Assembly: GCA_964411285.1 (NCBI GenBank)
Contig: CAYPKL010000187.1
Location: forward strand, 1 to 39,244
Source: an uncultured Rikenellaceae bacterium
GTDB taxonomy: Bacteria > Bacteroidota > Bacteroidia > Bacteroidales > VadinHA17
Reading direction: 5' to 3'
DNA length: 39,244 bases
The position numbers and the translations under genes were made by a program. This document shows positions 27,771-36,351 of the stretch, piece by piece. The notes beneath the pieces are model-generated. The model saw only the letters and a list, made by a program, of their open reading frames with translations. It had not been told where the DNA came from and did not search any database. How positions within the stretch are numbered: the stretch's first letter is position 1; each line of letters begins with the position of its first letter.

Positions 27771-27794
27771 TATTGAAACAAACCAGTTGGTAAT

Positions 27795-29012
27795 ATGAGC
27801 ATTATGTTGGCACATGCTGGAAATTCAGGTCCCAAAGTCAGATCCGATTGTGAGGTAACTCTTGAGTTGAAAAACGAGGGAGGAATAGTAATTGAACTGA
27901 AATCAAAGGTTTACCCTTTATATGGCGTTTCAATAAAAAATCTTTGCCTTGATATCCTGTCATTTTTCGGAATTAAAGATGCTTATCTGAAAATCGAAGA
28001 TGCCGGAGCTCTGCCTTTTGTTATTTCGGCCCGACTGGAAGCTGCTGTAAAGCAAATTGTGGATACGGACCTTGAATATCTTCCTGATCTTATTTCTGAA
28101 AACCTCTATTCAACAAACGCTGACAGGTTTCGTTTTTCTCGTCTTTATCTCCCCGGCAATACACCCGGCATGATGATAAATGCGGGATTACATTCCGCAG
28201 ACGGCATTATCCTGGACCTTGAGGATTCAGTAGCTCCTGAAAGAAAAAATGAAGCCAGAATACTTGTCAGGAACGCTTTGAGGCAGGTAAATTTCTATGG
28301 TGCCGAGCGTATGGTAAGGATAAATCAGGGGGACCGCGGACTGAGGGATCTTGATTCCGTTATACCCCATAATGTAAATCTGGTACTTATTCCCAAATGC
28401 GAGAACCCCGATGCTATTGTTTCTGTAGAAAAACGGATTTCAGAAATAAAGAGGCGCCATAACCTTAATAATCCAGTATATCTTATGCCGATCATTGAAT
28501 CGGCGCTCGGAATTGAAAAAGCATTCATGATTGCCGGATCTTCAGAAAACATTGTGGCATTGGCAATAGGACTGGAAGATTTTACTGCTGATCTGGGCGT
28601 TCAGAGAACAAAGGAGGGTATAGAGTCACTCTATGGAAGAACAAGGTTGGTGATAGCTGCCAAGGCTGCGGGTAAACAGCCGATTGATTCTGTGTTTTCG
28701 GATGTAGATGATATGGATGGACTTCTGAAAAATGTCCTGGCCTCGAAAGCTCTGGGTTTTGAAGGAATGGGATGTATACACCCTCGTCAGATACCAGTTA
28801 TCAGGCAGGGATATGCTCCTGAAAATGGTGAAATAGAAAAATCCAAAATGATCGTTATGGCTTTTAAAGAGGCTGAAAAAAAAGGTCAGGGAGTAGTTGC
28901 CCTGGGATCTAAAATGATCGATTCGCCTGTGGTGGCTCGGGCACAAAAAACAATTGACCTTGCAATTAAGCTGGGGTTATTACCAGACAACTGGATAAAT
29001 GAAATTTCCTAG
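27795..29012 (+). CDS. citDE: Fused citrate lyase acyl carrier protein (gamma, CitD) and citryl-CoA lyase (beta, CitE)
   Basis: The N-terminal ~95 aa are CitD-like ('AGNSGPKVRSDCEVTLE...', compare the AGTLESxDV prosthetic-group Ser region). The remainder is CitE/HpcH-like ('RLYLPGNTPGMMINAGLHSADGIILDLEDSVAP', 'MPIIESALGIE', 'LEDFTADLG'). Confidence 0.75.
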   Translation: MSIMLAHAGNSGPKVRSDCEVTLELKNEGGIVIELKSKVYPLYGVSIKNLCLDILSFFGIKDAYLKIEDAGALPFVISARLEAAVKQIVDTDLEYLPDLISENLYSTNADRFRFSRLYLPGNTPGMMINAGLHSADGIILDLEDSVAPERKNEARILVRNALRQVNFYGAERMVRINQGDRGLRDLDSVIPHNVNLVLIPKCENPDAIVSVEKRISEIKRRHNLNNPVYLMPIIESALGIEKAFMIAGSSENIVALAIGLEDFTADLGVQRTKEGIESLYGRTRLVIAAKAAGKQPIDSVFSDVDDMDGLLKNVLASKALGFEGMGCIHPRQIPVIRQGYAPENGEIEKSKMIVMAFKEAEKKGQGVVALGSKMIDSPVVARAQKTIDLAIKLGLLPDNWINEIS

Positions 29013-29042
29013 AAAAGAATAAAAATTAACCTGACAGGCGAT

Positions 29043-30599
29043 ATGGCAATCCCTACTGTTATTAATGCTGCCGGCAGAGCAGTGCCTCTCGAAATCAATG
29101 GTAAAGCTGTCATCCCTTTTAAAGGAGTAGGAGGGTACAGGCCATCAGGAAATAAGTATGGCCCGCCAATCCCGACTTGTGCAGATTTTCCTGGTGATGG
29201 CAACAAGGTAGTATCATCACTTGAAGAAGCCCTTAGCAGGTGTGGCCTCCGTGACGGAATGACAATTTCAACCCATCATCACTTACGGGATGGCGATCTT
29301 GTGAGTAACAAGGTATTTGACCTGGCGTCGGCAATGGGGGTGAAAGATCTTGTCTGGTTCCCTTCAGCTTCATTTCCATGTAATGATCCTGTAATTAAAT
29401 ATCTTGAAGACGGAACCATTAACAGGATTGAAGGTAGTATGAATGGTCCGCTGGGAAGGTTCGTTTCCGAGGGAAGGATGAAAGGTACTGCCGTATTGCG
29501 ATCACATGGCGGACGTGTTCAGGCTATACAGGATGGTGATGTAAAAATAGATATCGCAGTAATAGCAGCTCCTTCTGCCGATTATTACGGAAATGCAAAA
29601 GGTACTGGTGGCCGTTCTGCCTGCGGTGTTTTGGGTTATGCAAAGGTTGATTCAATGTATGCTGAAAAGGTGATTGTTGTGACCGACAATCTGGTGGATA
29701 TTCCATGCTTTCCAATGGAGGTTGAAGGGAATAATGTTGACTATGTAGTTGTTGTTGATAAAATAGGGATTCCGGAAAAAATTGTGTCAGGCACTACCCA
29801 GATCACAAAGAGCCCCGACAGATTATTGATTGCAGAACTCACCGCATCTTTTCTGGAAAAATCTGGCATTCTCAAAGATGGTGTTACAATGCAGGCAGGG
29901 GCTGGTGGTACTTCATTGGCAATAGCCGTGTTCCTACATGAGATTTTAAGGAAAAGGGGGTGGAAGTCAAAATTTGGATTCGGTGGCAGCACCAGGTACA
30001 TGGTTGAAATGCTTGAACAGGGGCAGATGGGATATATTCTTGATGCACAGGTTTTTGATCTTGACTCTGTAGTTTCAGTTGGAAAAAATCCCAACCATAT
30101 CCCATACTCGGTTTTTAATGCTTATAACTACCATTCTAAAGGTAATCTTACCAGTATGATGGATATTATGATACTTGGCGCTACCGAAATTGACCTTAAA
30201 TTCAATGGTAATGTGGTCACTCACTCTGACGGATATCTGCTTCACGGAATCGGAGGCTGGCAGAATTGTCTGCACGCAAGAAACGTAATATTGCCGGTAC
30301 CTCTTTTCCGCGACAGGATACCCGTTATTGTTGATGAGGTTACAACACTTTGTGGTCCCGGAGAGCTTATTGATGTAATTATCACCGAAAGAGGGATAGC
30401 AATTAATCCTTTGAGAAAGGATCTTATTGAGAGCGTCAGAAACAGCAATCTTCCTGTTGTGACCATTGAGGAGCTTAAAGCTGAAGCTGATAAAATATGC
30501 GGTATACCAATGAAACCTGAGTTCGAAGATGATATTGTTGCAGCCATAAAATGGGTCGATGGCACCGTAATTGATGTTGTCCGAAAAATTAAATCCTGA
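29043..30599 (+). CDS. citF: Citrate lyase alpha subunit (citrate CoA-transferase)
   Basis: 518 aa. 'KVVSSLEEALSRCGLRDGMTISTHHHLRDGD' and the overall length and pattern are typical of CitF. It sits immediately downstream of citDE. Confidence 0.8.
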   Translation: MAIPTVINAAGRAVPLEINGKAVIPFKGVGGYRPSGNKYGPPIPTCADFPGDGNKVVSSLEEALSRCGLRDGMTISTHHHLRDGDLVSNKVFDLASAMGVKDLVWFPSASFPCNDPVIKYLEDGTINRIEGSMNGPLGRFVSEGRMKGTAVLRSHGGRVQAIQDGDVKIDIAVIAAPSADYYGNAKGTGGRSACGVLGYAKVDSMYAEKVIVVTDNLVDIPCFPMEVEGNNVDYVVVVDKIGIPEKIVSGTTQITKSPDRLLIAELTASFLEKSGILKDGVTMQAGAGGTSLAIAVFLHEILRKRGWKSKFGFGGSTRYMVEMLEQGQMGYILDAQVFDLDSVVSVGKNPNHIPYSVFNAYNYHSKGNLTSMMDIMILGATEIDLKFNGNVVTHSDGYLLHGIGGWQNCLHARNVILPVPLFRDRIPVIVDEVTTLCGPGELIDVIITERGIAINPLRKDLIESVRNSNLPVVTIEELKAEADKICGIPMKPEFEDDIVAAIKWVDGTVIDVVRKIKS

Positions 30600-30613
30600 C
30601 GAATATTGTGTTA

Positions 30614-30772
30614 ATGGAAAAATTTAAATGTTCAATCTGTGGTTTTGTCTACGATCCGGAAGAGGGCGACAGCGCTTCCGGCATTGACCAGGGAGTTCAG
30701 TTCAGTGAACTTCCTTCTGATTATATATGCCCCATCTGCGGCGCGGGGAAGGATGAATTCTATGTATGTTAA
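30614..30772 (+). CDS. rub: Rubredoxin (52 aa; absent from the ORF track)
   Basis: My own translation from the ATG at 30614 gives MEKFKCSICGFVYDPEEGDSASGIDQGVQFSELPSDYICPICGAGKDEFYVC*. It has the canonical CxxCG...CPxCG pairs and the YDP / F..LP core. Confidence 0.85.
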   Translation: MEKFKCSICGFVYDPEEGDSASGIDQGVQFSELPSDYICPICGAGKDEFYVC

Positions 30773-30792
30773 TAAAATTCCTTTTTCCAGAC

Positions 30793-32259
30793 TTAACTCC
30801 TTTCTGACGGTATGTTTTTGATTACATCGGTGAGAAGATCCCAGAACATCTGTACCGTTCCGATTTCTATTTTTTCTTCAGGAGTATGAGCGCCTCTGAT
30901 TGTAGGTCCGAAGGAAATCATATCAATTCCTTTGAATTTTTCGAAGATAAGGCCGCACTCCAGCCCTGCATGAATGGCTCTTACAGCAGGTTCTTTCCCA
31001 AAAAGCCTCTGATACGATTTTTTTGTTATTCTAAGAATCTCCGATTTAAGGCTTGGCGTCCAGGCAGGATAACCATCGGAATGAACCACTTCTGCTCCGG
31101 CAATAGAAAGACACATTTTTACTCTTGATGCAACCTCATGTTTTGATGACTCCACCGAACTCCTTTGTGTTGTAACAATTTTTACGGTGTTTTTTTCAGA
31201 GAAACTTATTGAAGCAAGATTTGTAGAGGTCTCAACCAGATCTTCCATCTCCTTCGACCACGCAATTACTCCGTGAGGACAGCAATGAAGAGAATCAAGT
31301 AATTTTGCCTGACCTGTTTTGTTCATTACATAATCAGGAGAATCAACCTCTTTTACTGAGACCTTAAGTTGGGCTTCCAAACTATCGAATTCCTTATCAA
31401 ACTCTATCTGATAGTTCTCAATCGCTTTAAAAACCTGTTCTTTTAAAAAATTCCTGACAGTGATAACTGCAAATGCTTCACGGGGTATTGCATTTCTAAG
31501 ATTACCGCCATTGAATGCTGACAGGGAGATATCATACTGATTAGTGAGATCGGATAAAATCCGGGTCATTAATTTGACCGAGTTCCCGAATCCTTTGTGG
31601 ATTTCGTCACCAGAGTGGCCCCCGCGAAGACCGGTTATTGATATCTCTAATCCTTTTTCGTCTTTTAATGCAGCTTTCTTCCTGTATTTAAAGGTACCTA
31701 CAGTATCCATTCCTCCAGCACATCCGATAAAAAGAATTCCTTCATCCTCTGAGTCAAGATTGAGCAGGGTTCTTCCTTCGAAAAAATCATTCTTTAAATT
31801 GATGGCTCCCGTCATCCCCGATTCCTCATCAACTGTAAAAAGACATTCAATTTTTCCTGCTTTAAGGTTTTTATCAGTTAAAATTGCAAGTTGTGAGGCA
31901 ATTCCAATACCATCATCAGCCCCGAGAGTGGTTCCTTTGGCTGATACCCATTCATTATCGATGACCGGAATTATTGAATCCTTAGCCCAGTTATGTGGAT
32001 AGTCTGCATTTTTCTCGCCAACCATATCCATATGACTCTGAAGAACCACTGTCCTGACGTTTTGATATCCTGGCGATGCCTGCCTGAAAATTAAAATATT
32101 ACCTGCTGTATCTTCCTTTGATTCCAGATTATTCTTTAACGCAAAATCAAGAAGATATGTTCGTATGGACGCTTCATTTTTGCTCAGCCTTGGTATTTTG
32201 CAAATCTCCTCAAAGTACTTCCAGACCGGCGAAGGATTTAACTTGGACAATGTGCTCAT
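30793..32259 (-). CDS. pepD: Aminoacyl-histidine (Xaa-His) dipeptidase, M20 family
   Basis: 'LNPSPVWKYFEEICKIPRLSKNE', 'LQSHMDMV', 'GTTLGADDGIG' and 'FTVDEESGMTGA'. I place the start at the internal ATG at 32259. Confidence 0.88.
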   Translation of the reverse strand: MSTLSKLNPSPVWKYFEEICKIPRLSKNEASIRTYLLDFALKNNLESKEDTAGNILIFRQASPGYQNVRTVVLQSHMDMVGEKNADYPHNWAKDSIIPVIDNEWVSAKGTTLGADDGIGIASQLAILTDKNLKAGKIECLFTVDEESGMTGAINLKNDFFEGRTLLNLDSEDEGILFIGCAGGMDTVGTFKYRKKAALKDEKGLEISITGLRGGHSGDEIHKGFGNSVKLMTRILSDLTNQYDISLSAFNGGNLRNAIPREAFAVITVRNFLKEQVFKAIENYQIEFDKEFDSLEAQLKVSVKEVDSPDYVMNKTGQAKLLDSLHCCPHGVIAWSKEMEDLVETSTNLASISFSEKNTVKIVTTQRSSVESSKHEVASRVKMCLSIAGAEVVHSDGYPAWTPSLKSEILRITKKSYQRLFGKEPAVRAIHAGLECGLIFEKFKGIDMISFGPTIRGAHTPEEKIEIGTVQMFWDLLTDVIKNIPSERS

Positions 32260-32403
32260 GCTTATTAATTTATCAGAAAGCCAGCCACAAAAGTAACCAT
32301 TTTTCTTTAATGTTTTTAAAGCAAAAAAAGCCGATGAGGACAGATCATTCAAATTTTGCTATTTTTACTGCAACATCCTTAAACTAAATTCATTTCTTCC
32401 AAT

Positions 32404-33600
32404 ATGAATAAAAGAACAATTGTAACATTACCCGGCGATGGGATCGGCTTAATAGTTTTGGAACAGGCATTAAGGGTTCTTGATGCCTCAGGATTTAAAG
32501 CAGACTATATTCATGCAGATATTGGCTGGGAATTCTGGCGTAGGGAAGGAAATCCTTTGCCCCAGAGAACTCTTGATCTTATTAAGACCCATAAAATTGC
32601 CCTGTTTGGTGCAATTACATCAAAACCAAACGAGGAGGCGGCTTCCGAACTAGACAGCTCTCTTCAGGGAAAAGGCTTTGTGTACTCAAGTCCGATAGTT
32701 GGTCTGCGACAGAAATTCAACCTTGACATTTGTTTACGCCCATGCAAATCATATAATGGAAATCCCCTGAACTTCATCAGAAGGGGTAAAGACAACATGA
32801 TAGAGGAACCTTCTGTTGATGTTGTGATCTTTCGCCAGAATACCGAATGCCTTTATTCAGGAGTGGAATGGACGAATCCCCCGGAACAGGTATATCAGGC
32901 ATTGATGACTCATCGTAAGTTTGCAGAGAACTTCAGTAAAGTCCCGCGCGAAGAACTATCAGTTTCGGCAAGGATCTTTACAAAAAAAGCCACCGAAAGA
33001 ATTGTTTCTGCAGCTTTTGAACATGCCAGAAAATATGGATATAAATCAGTTACAGTATGTGAAAAACCAAATGTGATCCGTGAAACATCAGGATTGATGT
33101 GGAAGATTGCAAAAGAGATGCAGAAGAACAGCTATCCTGAAATTAAATTGCTGAATACCAATATTGATGCCCAGATGATGTGGTTGACAAAGAATCCGGA
33201 AGATTATGGGGTTATTGTTGCCGGAAATATGTTCGGCGACATTGTATCTGACGCATTTGCAGGATTGATAGGAGGACTGGGATTTGCGTGCAGCGCTCAG
33301 TTTTCATCCGATGGAATTGCTGTCTTTGAACCCACTCACGGATCTGCGCCTAAATACGCCGGCTATGAGATCCCCATTGTCAATCCTGTTGCCATGATTG
33401 AATCTGCATGCATGATGCTTGACTATATCGACGAAAAAGCTATTTCTTCGAAAATCAGAAAAGCTGTTGCAGAGGTAATAATTGAGGGTAAAGTCAAAAC
33501 TTACGATATGATGAAGCTTTCCGGAAGACCTGATGTGGTAAATAACGGAGCAGCTTCTACAATACAGATGACAGACGCAATAATTTCAAAACTTAAATAG
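32404..33600 (+). CDS. Isocitrate/isopropylmalate dehydrogenase-family beta-decarboxylating dehydrogenase (substrate not assignable by eye)
   Basis: Family signature 'NMFGDIVSDAFAGLIGGLG', N-terminal 'IVTLPGDGIG', and 'LRQKFNLDICLRP'. Confidence 0.8.
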   Translation: MNKRTIVTLPGDGIGLIVLEQALRVLDASGFKADYIHADIGWEFWRREGNPLPQRTLDLIKTHKIALFGAITSKPNEEAASELDSSLQGKGFVYSSPIVGLRQKFNLDICLRPCKSYNGNPLNFIRRGKDNMIEEPSVDVVIFRQNTECLYSGVEWTNPPEQVYQALMTHRKFAENFSKVPREELSVSARIFTKKATERIVSAAFEHARKYGYKSVTVCEKPNVIRETSGLMWKIAKEMQKNSYPEIKLLNTNIDAQMMWLTKNPEDYGVIVAGNMFGDIVSDAFAGLIGGLGFACSAQFSSDGIAVFEPTHGSAPKYAGYEIPIVNPVAMIESACMMLDYIDEKAISSKIRKAVAEVIIEGKVKTYDMMKLSGRPDVVNNGAASTIQMTDAIISKLK

Positions 33601-33615
33601 TCAAAATCATTCTTA

Positions 33616-34167
33616 ATGAAAGAAACTATTAGAAATTTATGGCCTGAGCTTGAATGGATTAACGATGAATCCCTTCGTGAAAAGACCGCCAGAACCTGGG
33701 AAATAGCTCTGGAAAGAAGTGCACTTAAGGCGGAAGATCTTGACCGGATACCATTTACACTACTATGCGGACCGGATCTGAAAGTGAGCTTCATGGATCA
33801 TAAAAGATGCGTAGTTCACATCGCCAAAGCTTCCGGTGAGAAAATGAATGATTTTTTTGGCAAGGATATGCCTGTTAATATGGATGTGCTTATCTCAGGA
33901 GCTATACTCGCTGACGTTGGAAAATTGCTCGAATATGAACTTGATGCAGAAGGGAAAGCTGTTCAGGGAAGATATGGACAATATATGAGGCATCCGTTCT
34001 CAGGAGTTTCACTCGCTGAGGAGTGCGGGGTTCCGCCCGAGGTATGTCATATAATTGCGGCTCATGCCCATGAGGGTGATCTCGTTAAGCGTACTGTTGA
34101 AGCTTACATTGTACATCATGCCGACTTTATGACCTTTCTCCCCTTTAAAGACCGTCTTGTCATTTAA
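33616..34167 (+). CDS. HD-superfamily-like small protein (variant motif)
   Basis: The layout 'HKRCVVHIAKASG...GAILADVGKLLEY...RHPFSGVSLAEE...IIAAHAHEGD' parallels HD-domain phosphohydrolases. The canonical His-Asp dipeptide reads Ala-Asp. Confidence 0.5.
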   Translation: MKETIRNLWPELEWINDESLREKTARTWEIALERSALKAEDLDRIPFTLLCGPDLKVSFMDHKRCVVHIAKASGEKMNDFFGKDMPVNMDVLISGAILADVGKLLEYELDAEGKAVQGRYGQYMRHPFSGVSLAEECGVPPEVCHIIAAHAHEGDLVKRTVEAYIVHHADFMTFLPFKDRLVI

Positions 34168-34173
34168 ACAAAA

Positions 34174-34214
34174 AGGAGGAGATCTAAAGAACTGACTCTT
34201 AATGATCTCCTCCT
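34174..34214. terminator. Bidirectional hairpin between convergent genes
   Basis: A perfect 11-bp inverted repeat, aggaggagatc (34174-34184) / gatctcctcct (34204-34214), with a 19-nt loop. It lies between the HD-like gene (+) and the acyl-CoA ligase (-). There is no strong U-tract. Confidence 0.5.
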
Positions 34215-34234
34215 GAATTTATCGGATAATCCTG

Positions 34235-36148
34235 TTACCCGAGTTTCATTTTTTCCACCTCTTCAATATTTCGTTCATTGGCAACGTCTTTTGCATCTGG
34301 AGTGTAGAGATAATCAATTAATTCACTGTATTTGTCCATTATCTTTCCCCTTACAATTTTCATTGTCGAATTCATTAATGCGTTCTCTTCGCTAAAGCCT
34401 TCTTCGAGGATGGCGAGAGCGACAGGAAGCCATCTCTGAGGAAACATTCTGCCGAATTTCCCGTTTGTTCTATATTCATTCACCTCATTTTCAAGCAGTG
34501 TCAGAACAGCTTTCTTACCATCATCGGAATCGGCTGTCAGATCCCTCTCTTCCAGGTAAATCTTAAGCGCATGCTGATTTGGAACAATAAGGGCAACCGT
34601 ATAAGGCTTCTGATTATTATAAAGCATACACTGATCTATGTAATTAGACTGCTCTGTAATTGCCTCTTCAATGCTTTCAGGACTAAATTTTTCTCCGTCA
34701 TCTGCAATTAGCAGACTCTTAAATCTTCCCAGAACATACAGGAACCCCGATTCGGTCATGTACCCCATGTCGCCTGTGTATAGCCACCCATCTTTTATTG
34801 TTTCCCTGGTGGCGGCTTCATTTTTCCAGTATCCGTACATTACATTTCCGCCTTTGATCACAATCTCCCCTTTCTGACCGAGAGGCAATTCCTTTCCTTC
34901 ATCATCACAAATTTTAAGATCCATGTTATTTACCAGCACACCTGAAGACCCAAGCTGGTGTCGGCCGGTAGAGTTTGAAGAAATAACCGGGGAAGCTTCA
35001 CTAAGGCCATAACCCTGGTACATTGGAATTCTAAGAGCATAAAAGAATCTCTGCAGTTCTATATCGAGCAGTGCGCCTCCGCCGATAAAATAATCCAGTT
35101 CCCCTCCAAAACTTTCGCGGATTTTGCTGAAAATAATTTTATCATAAAGATCTATCAGGGGTTTTTTTAATTTTTGTAATCCTTTCCCCTTATTCCAGCC
35201 TTCCTTATTGTATGAATAGGAAATCGCTATTGCATGATTAAACAGCATCTCTGTCAATCTCCCTTTTTCTCTGATACCCTTTTCGATATTTTTCCTGAAG
35301 TTCTTGGCGATTGCCGGAACACTCATAAGAAGGTTAGGCTTTATCTCTTTGAGGCATAAAGGTAGATTTCTTAGAGTTTCCATTGGAGTTTTTCCGGTCT
35401 TTACCGAGGCAATACTGGCCCCCCTTCCCATGAAAGCATAGATTCCGCACGTATGACCAAAAGAGTGATCCCATGGCAGTATAAGAAGAGTTTTATAAAA
35501 TGCAGGGATATCCATCAGACTGTAGGATTGATAAACATTGGTAACATAATTTCCATGAGTCAGAATGATCCCCTTAGGATCAGCTGTGGTTCCTGATGTG
35601 TAGCAGATATTGGCAAAATCCGAAGGTTTAACGCTTTTGAAGATATCTTCAAATTTAGCTTTGTTTTCAGGTGCATCAAGCCATTCCCTTCCTAGCTTCC
35701 TTACTTCATTAAAATGTATCTCCTTATCTGAATATTCTTCCTGGGTGTCGAAATGAATAATCTTTTCTATCGAAGAACAATCATCTATTATGTTTTTTAG
35801 TTTTTGAGCCTGTATCGAAGAACAAAGAATCATTTTTGATTCTGAATGATTTATCCTGAACATGATTTCTTCGGGAGTCAGTTTAACTGACAGGGGAACA
35901 TTTATAGCACCGGTAAAAAGAGTCCCCAGTTCACCAATTACCCAACTGTTGCGTCCCTCCGAAATAAGGCTCAGCCTGTCACCTTTTTTTATTCCGAGTT
36001 GCAGTAGTCCTGCAGCAAATTCATATACTTGTTTTCTGGTTTCACCGTAAGTTGTTCCTTCGTATTTGTCTTGCGGTTTTTCCCATAAGTAAACATTGCT
36101 ATTAAACTTTTCAACACTTTCTTCAAAAAATTGTATGAGTGATTTCAT
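34235..36148 (-). CDS. Long-chain-fatty-acid--CoA ligase (AMP-forming)
   Basis: AMP-binding signature 'ICYTSGTTADPKGIILTHGN', plus 'GYGLSEASP', 'WLYTGDMGY' and 'KIVRGKI'. Its 637 aa is typical of the Bacteroidota FadD-like group. Confidence 0.85.
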   Translation of the reverse strand: MKSLIQFFEESVEKFNSNVYLWEKPQDKYEGTTYGETRKQVYEFAAGLLQLGIKKGDRLSLISEGRNSWVIGELGTLFTGAINVPLSVKLTPEEIMFRINHSESKMILCSSIQAQKLKNIIDDCSSIEKIIHFDTQEEYSDKEIHFNEVRKLGREWLDAPENKAKFEDIFKSVKPSDFANICYTSGTTADPKGIILTHGNYVTNVYQSYSLMDIPAFYKTLLILPWDHSFGHTCGIYAFMGRGASIASVKTGKTPMETLRNLPLCLKEIKPNLLMSVPAIAKNFRKNIEKGIREKGRLTEMLFNHAIAISYSYNKEGWNKGKGLQKLKKPLIDLYDKIIFSKIRESFGGELDYFIGGGALLDIELQRFFYALRIPMYQGYGLSEASPVISSNSTGRHQLGSSGVLVNNMDLKICDDEGKELPLGQKGEIVIKGGNVMYGYWKNEAATRETIKDGWLYTGDMGYMTESGFLYVLGRFKSLLIADDGEKFSPESIEEAITEQSNYIDQCMLYNNQKPYTVALIVPNQHALKIYLEERDLTADSDDGKKAVLTLLENEVNEYRTNGKFGRMFPQRWLPVALAILEEGFSEENALMNSTMKIVRGKIMDKYSELIDYLYTPDAKDVANERNIEEVEKMKLG

Positions 36149-36351
36149 CAGGCAGGTAAAATATTTATGAGTAAAAATAAAAAATCTAATATACGAAATC
36201 TGTTATATTCCAATAATACCTATCAGGTTTGCTCCTTATTGCCTTCTTCACGTGGTAAAAAGAGACTTCCTCTGATGGAGTACATTTTAAAGAATTGCCG
36301 ATATAGTCAAGGTAATGTACTGTAAATTTGCCGGAAATAAAAACTGGCTGT

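Noticed and set aside
30639-30821. Track ORF of 60 aa on the + strand.
   Set aside because: It lies in a different frame from a clear rubredoxin ORF (30614-30772) covering the same DNA, and its product has no recognisable features.
3109-32387. Numerous 60-150-aa antisense or off-frame ORFs inside well-supported genes (e.g. 6470-6814, 26043-26498, 28626-28946, 29741-30094, 31544-32002).
   Set aside because: These are shadow ORFs opposite or overlapping strongly supported CDSs, with no motifs of their own.
36268-36310. 8-bp inverted repeat agtacatt-N27-aatgtact upstream of the acyl-CoA ligase gene, considered as a possible operator.
   Set aside because: It is short and AT-rich. Matches of this size are expected by chance in a 39-kb AT-rich window, and no second copy supports it.
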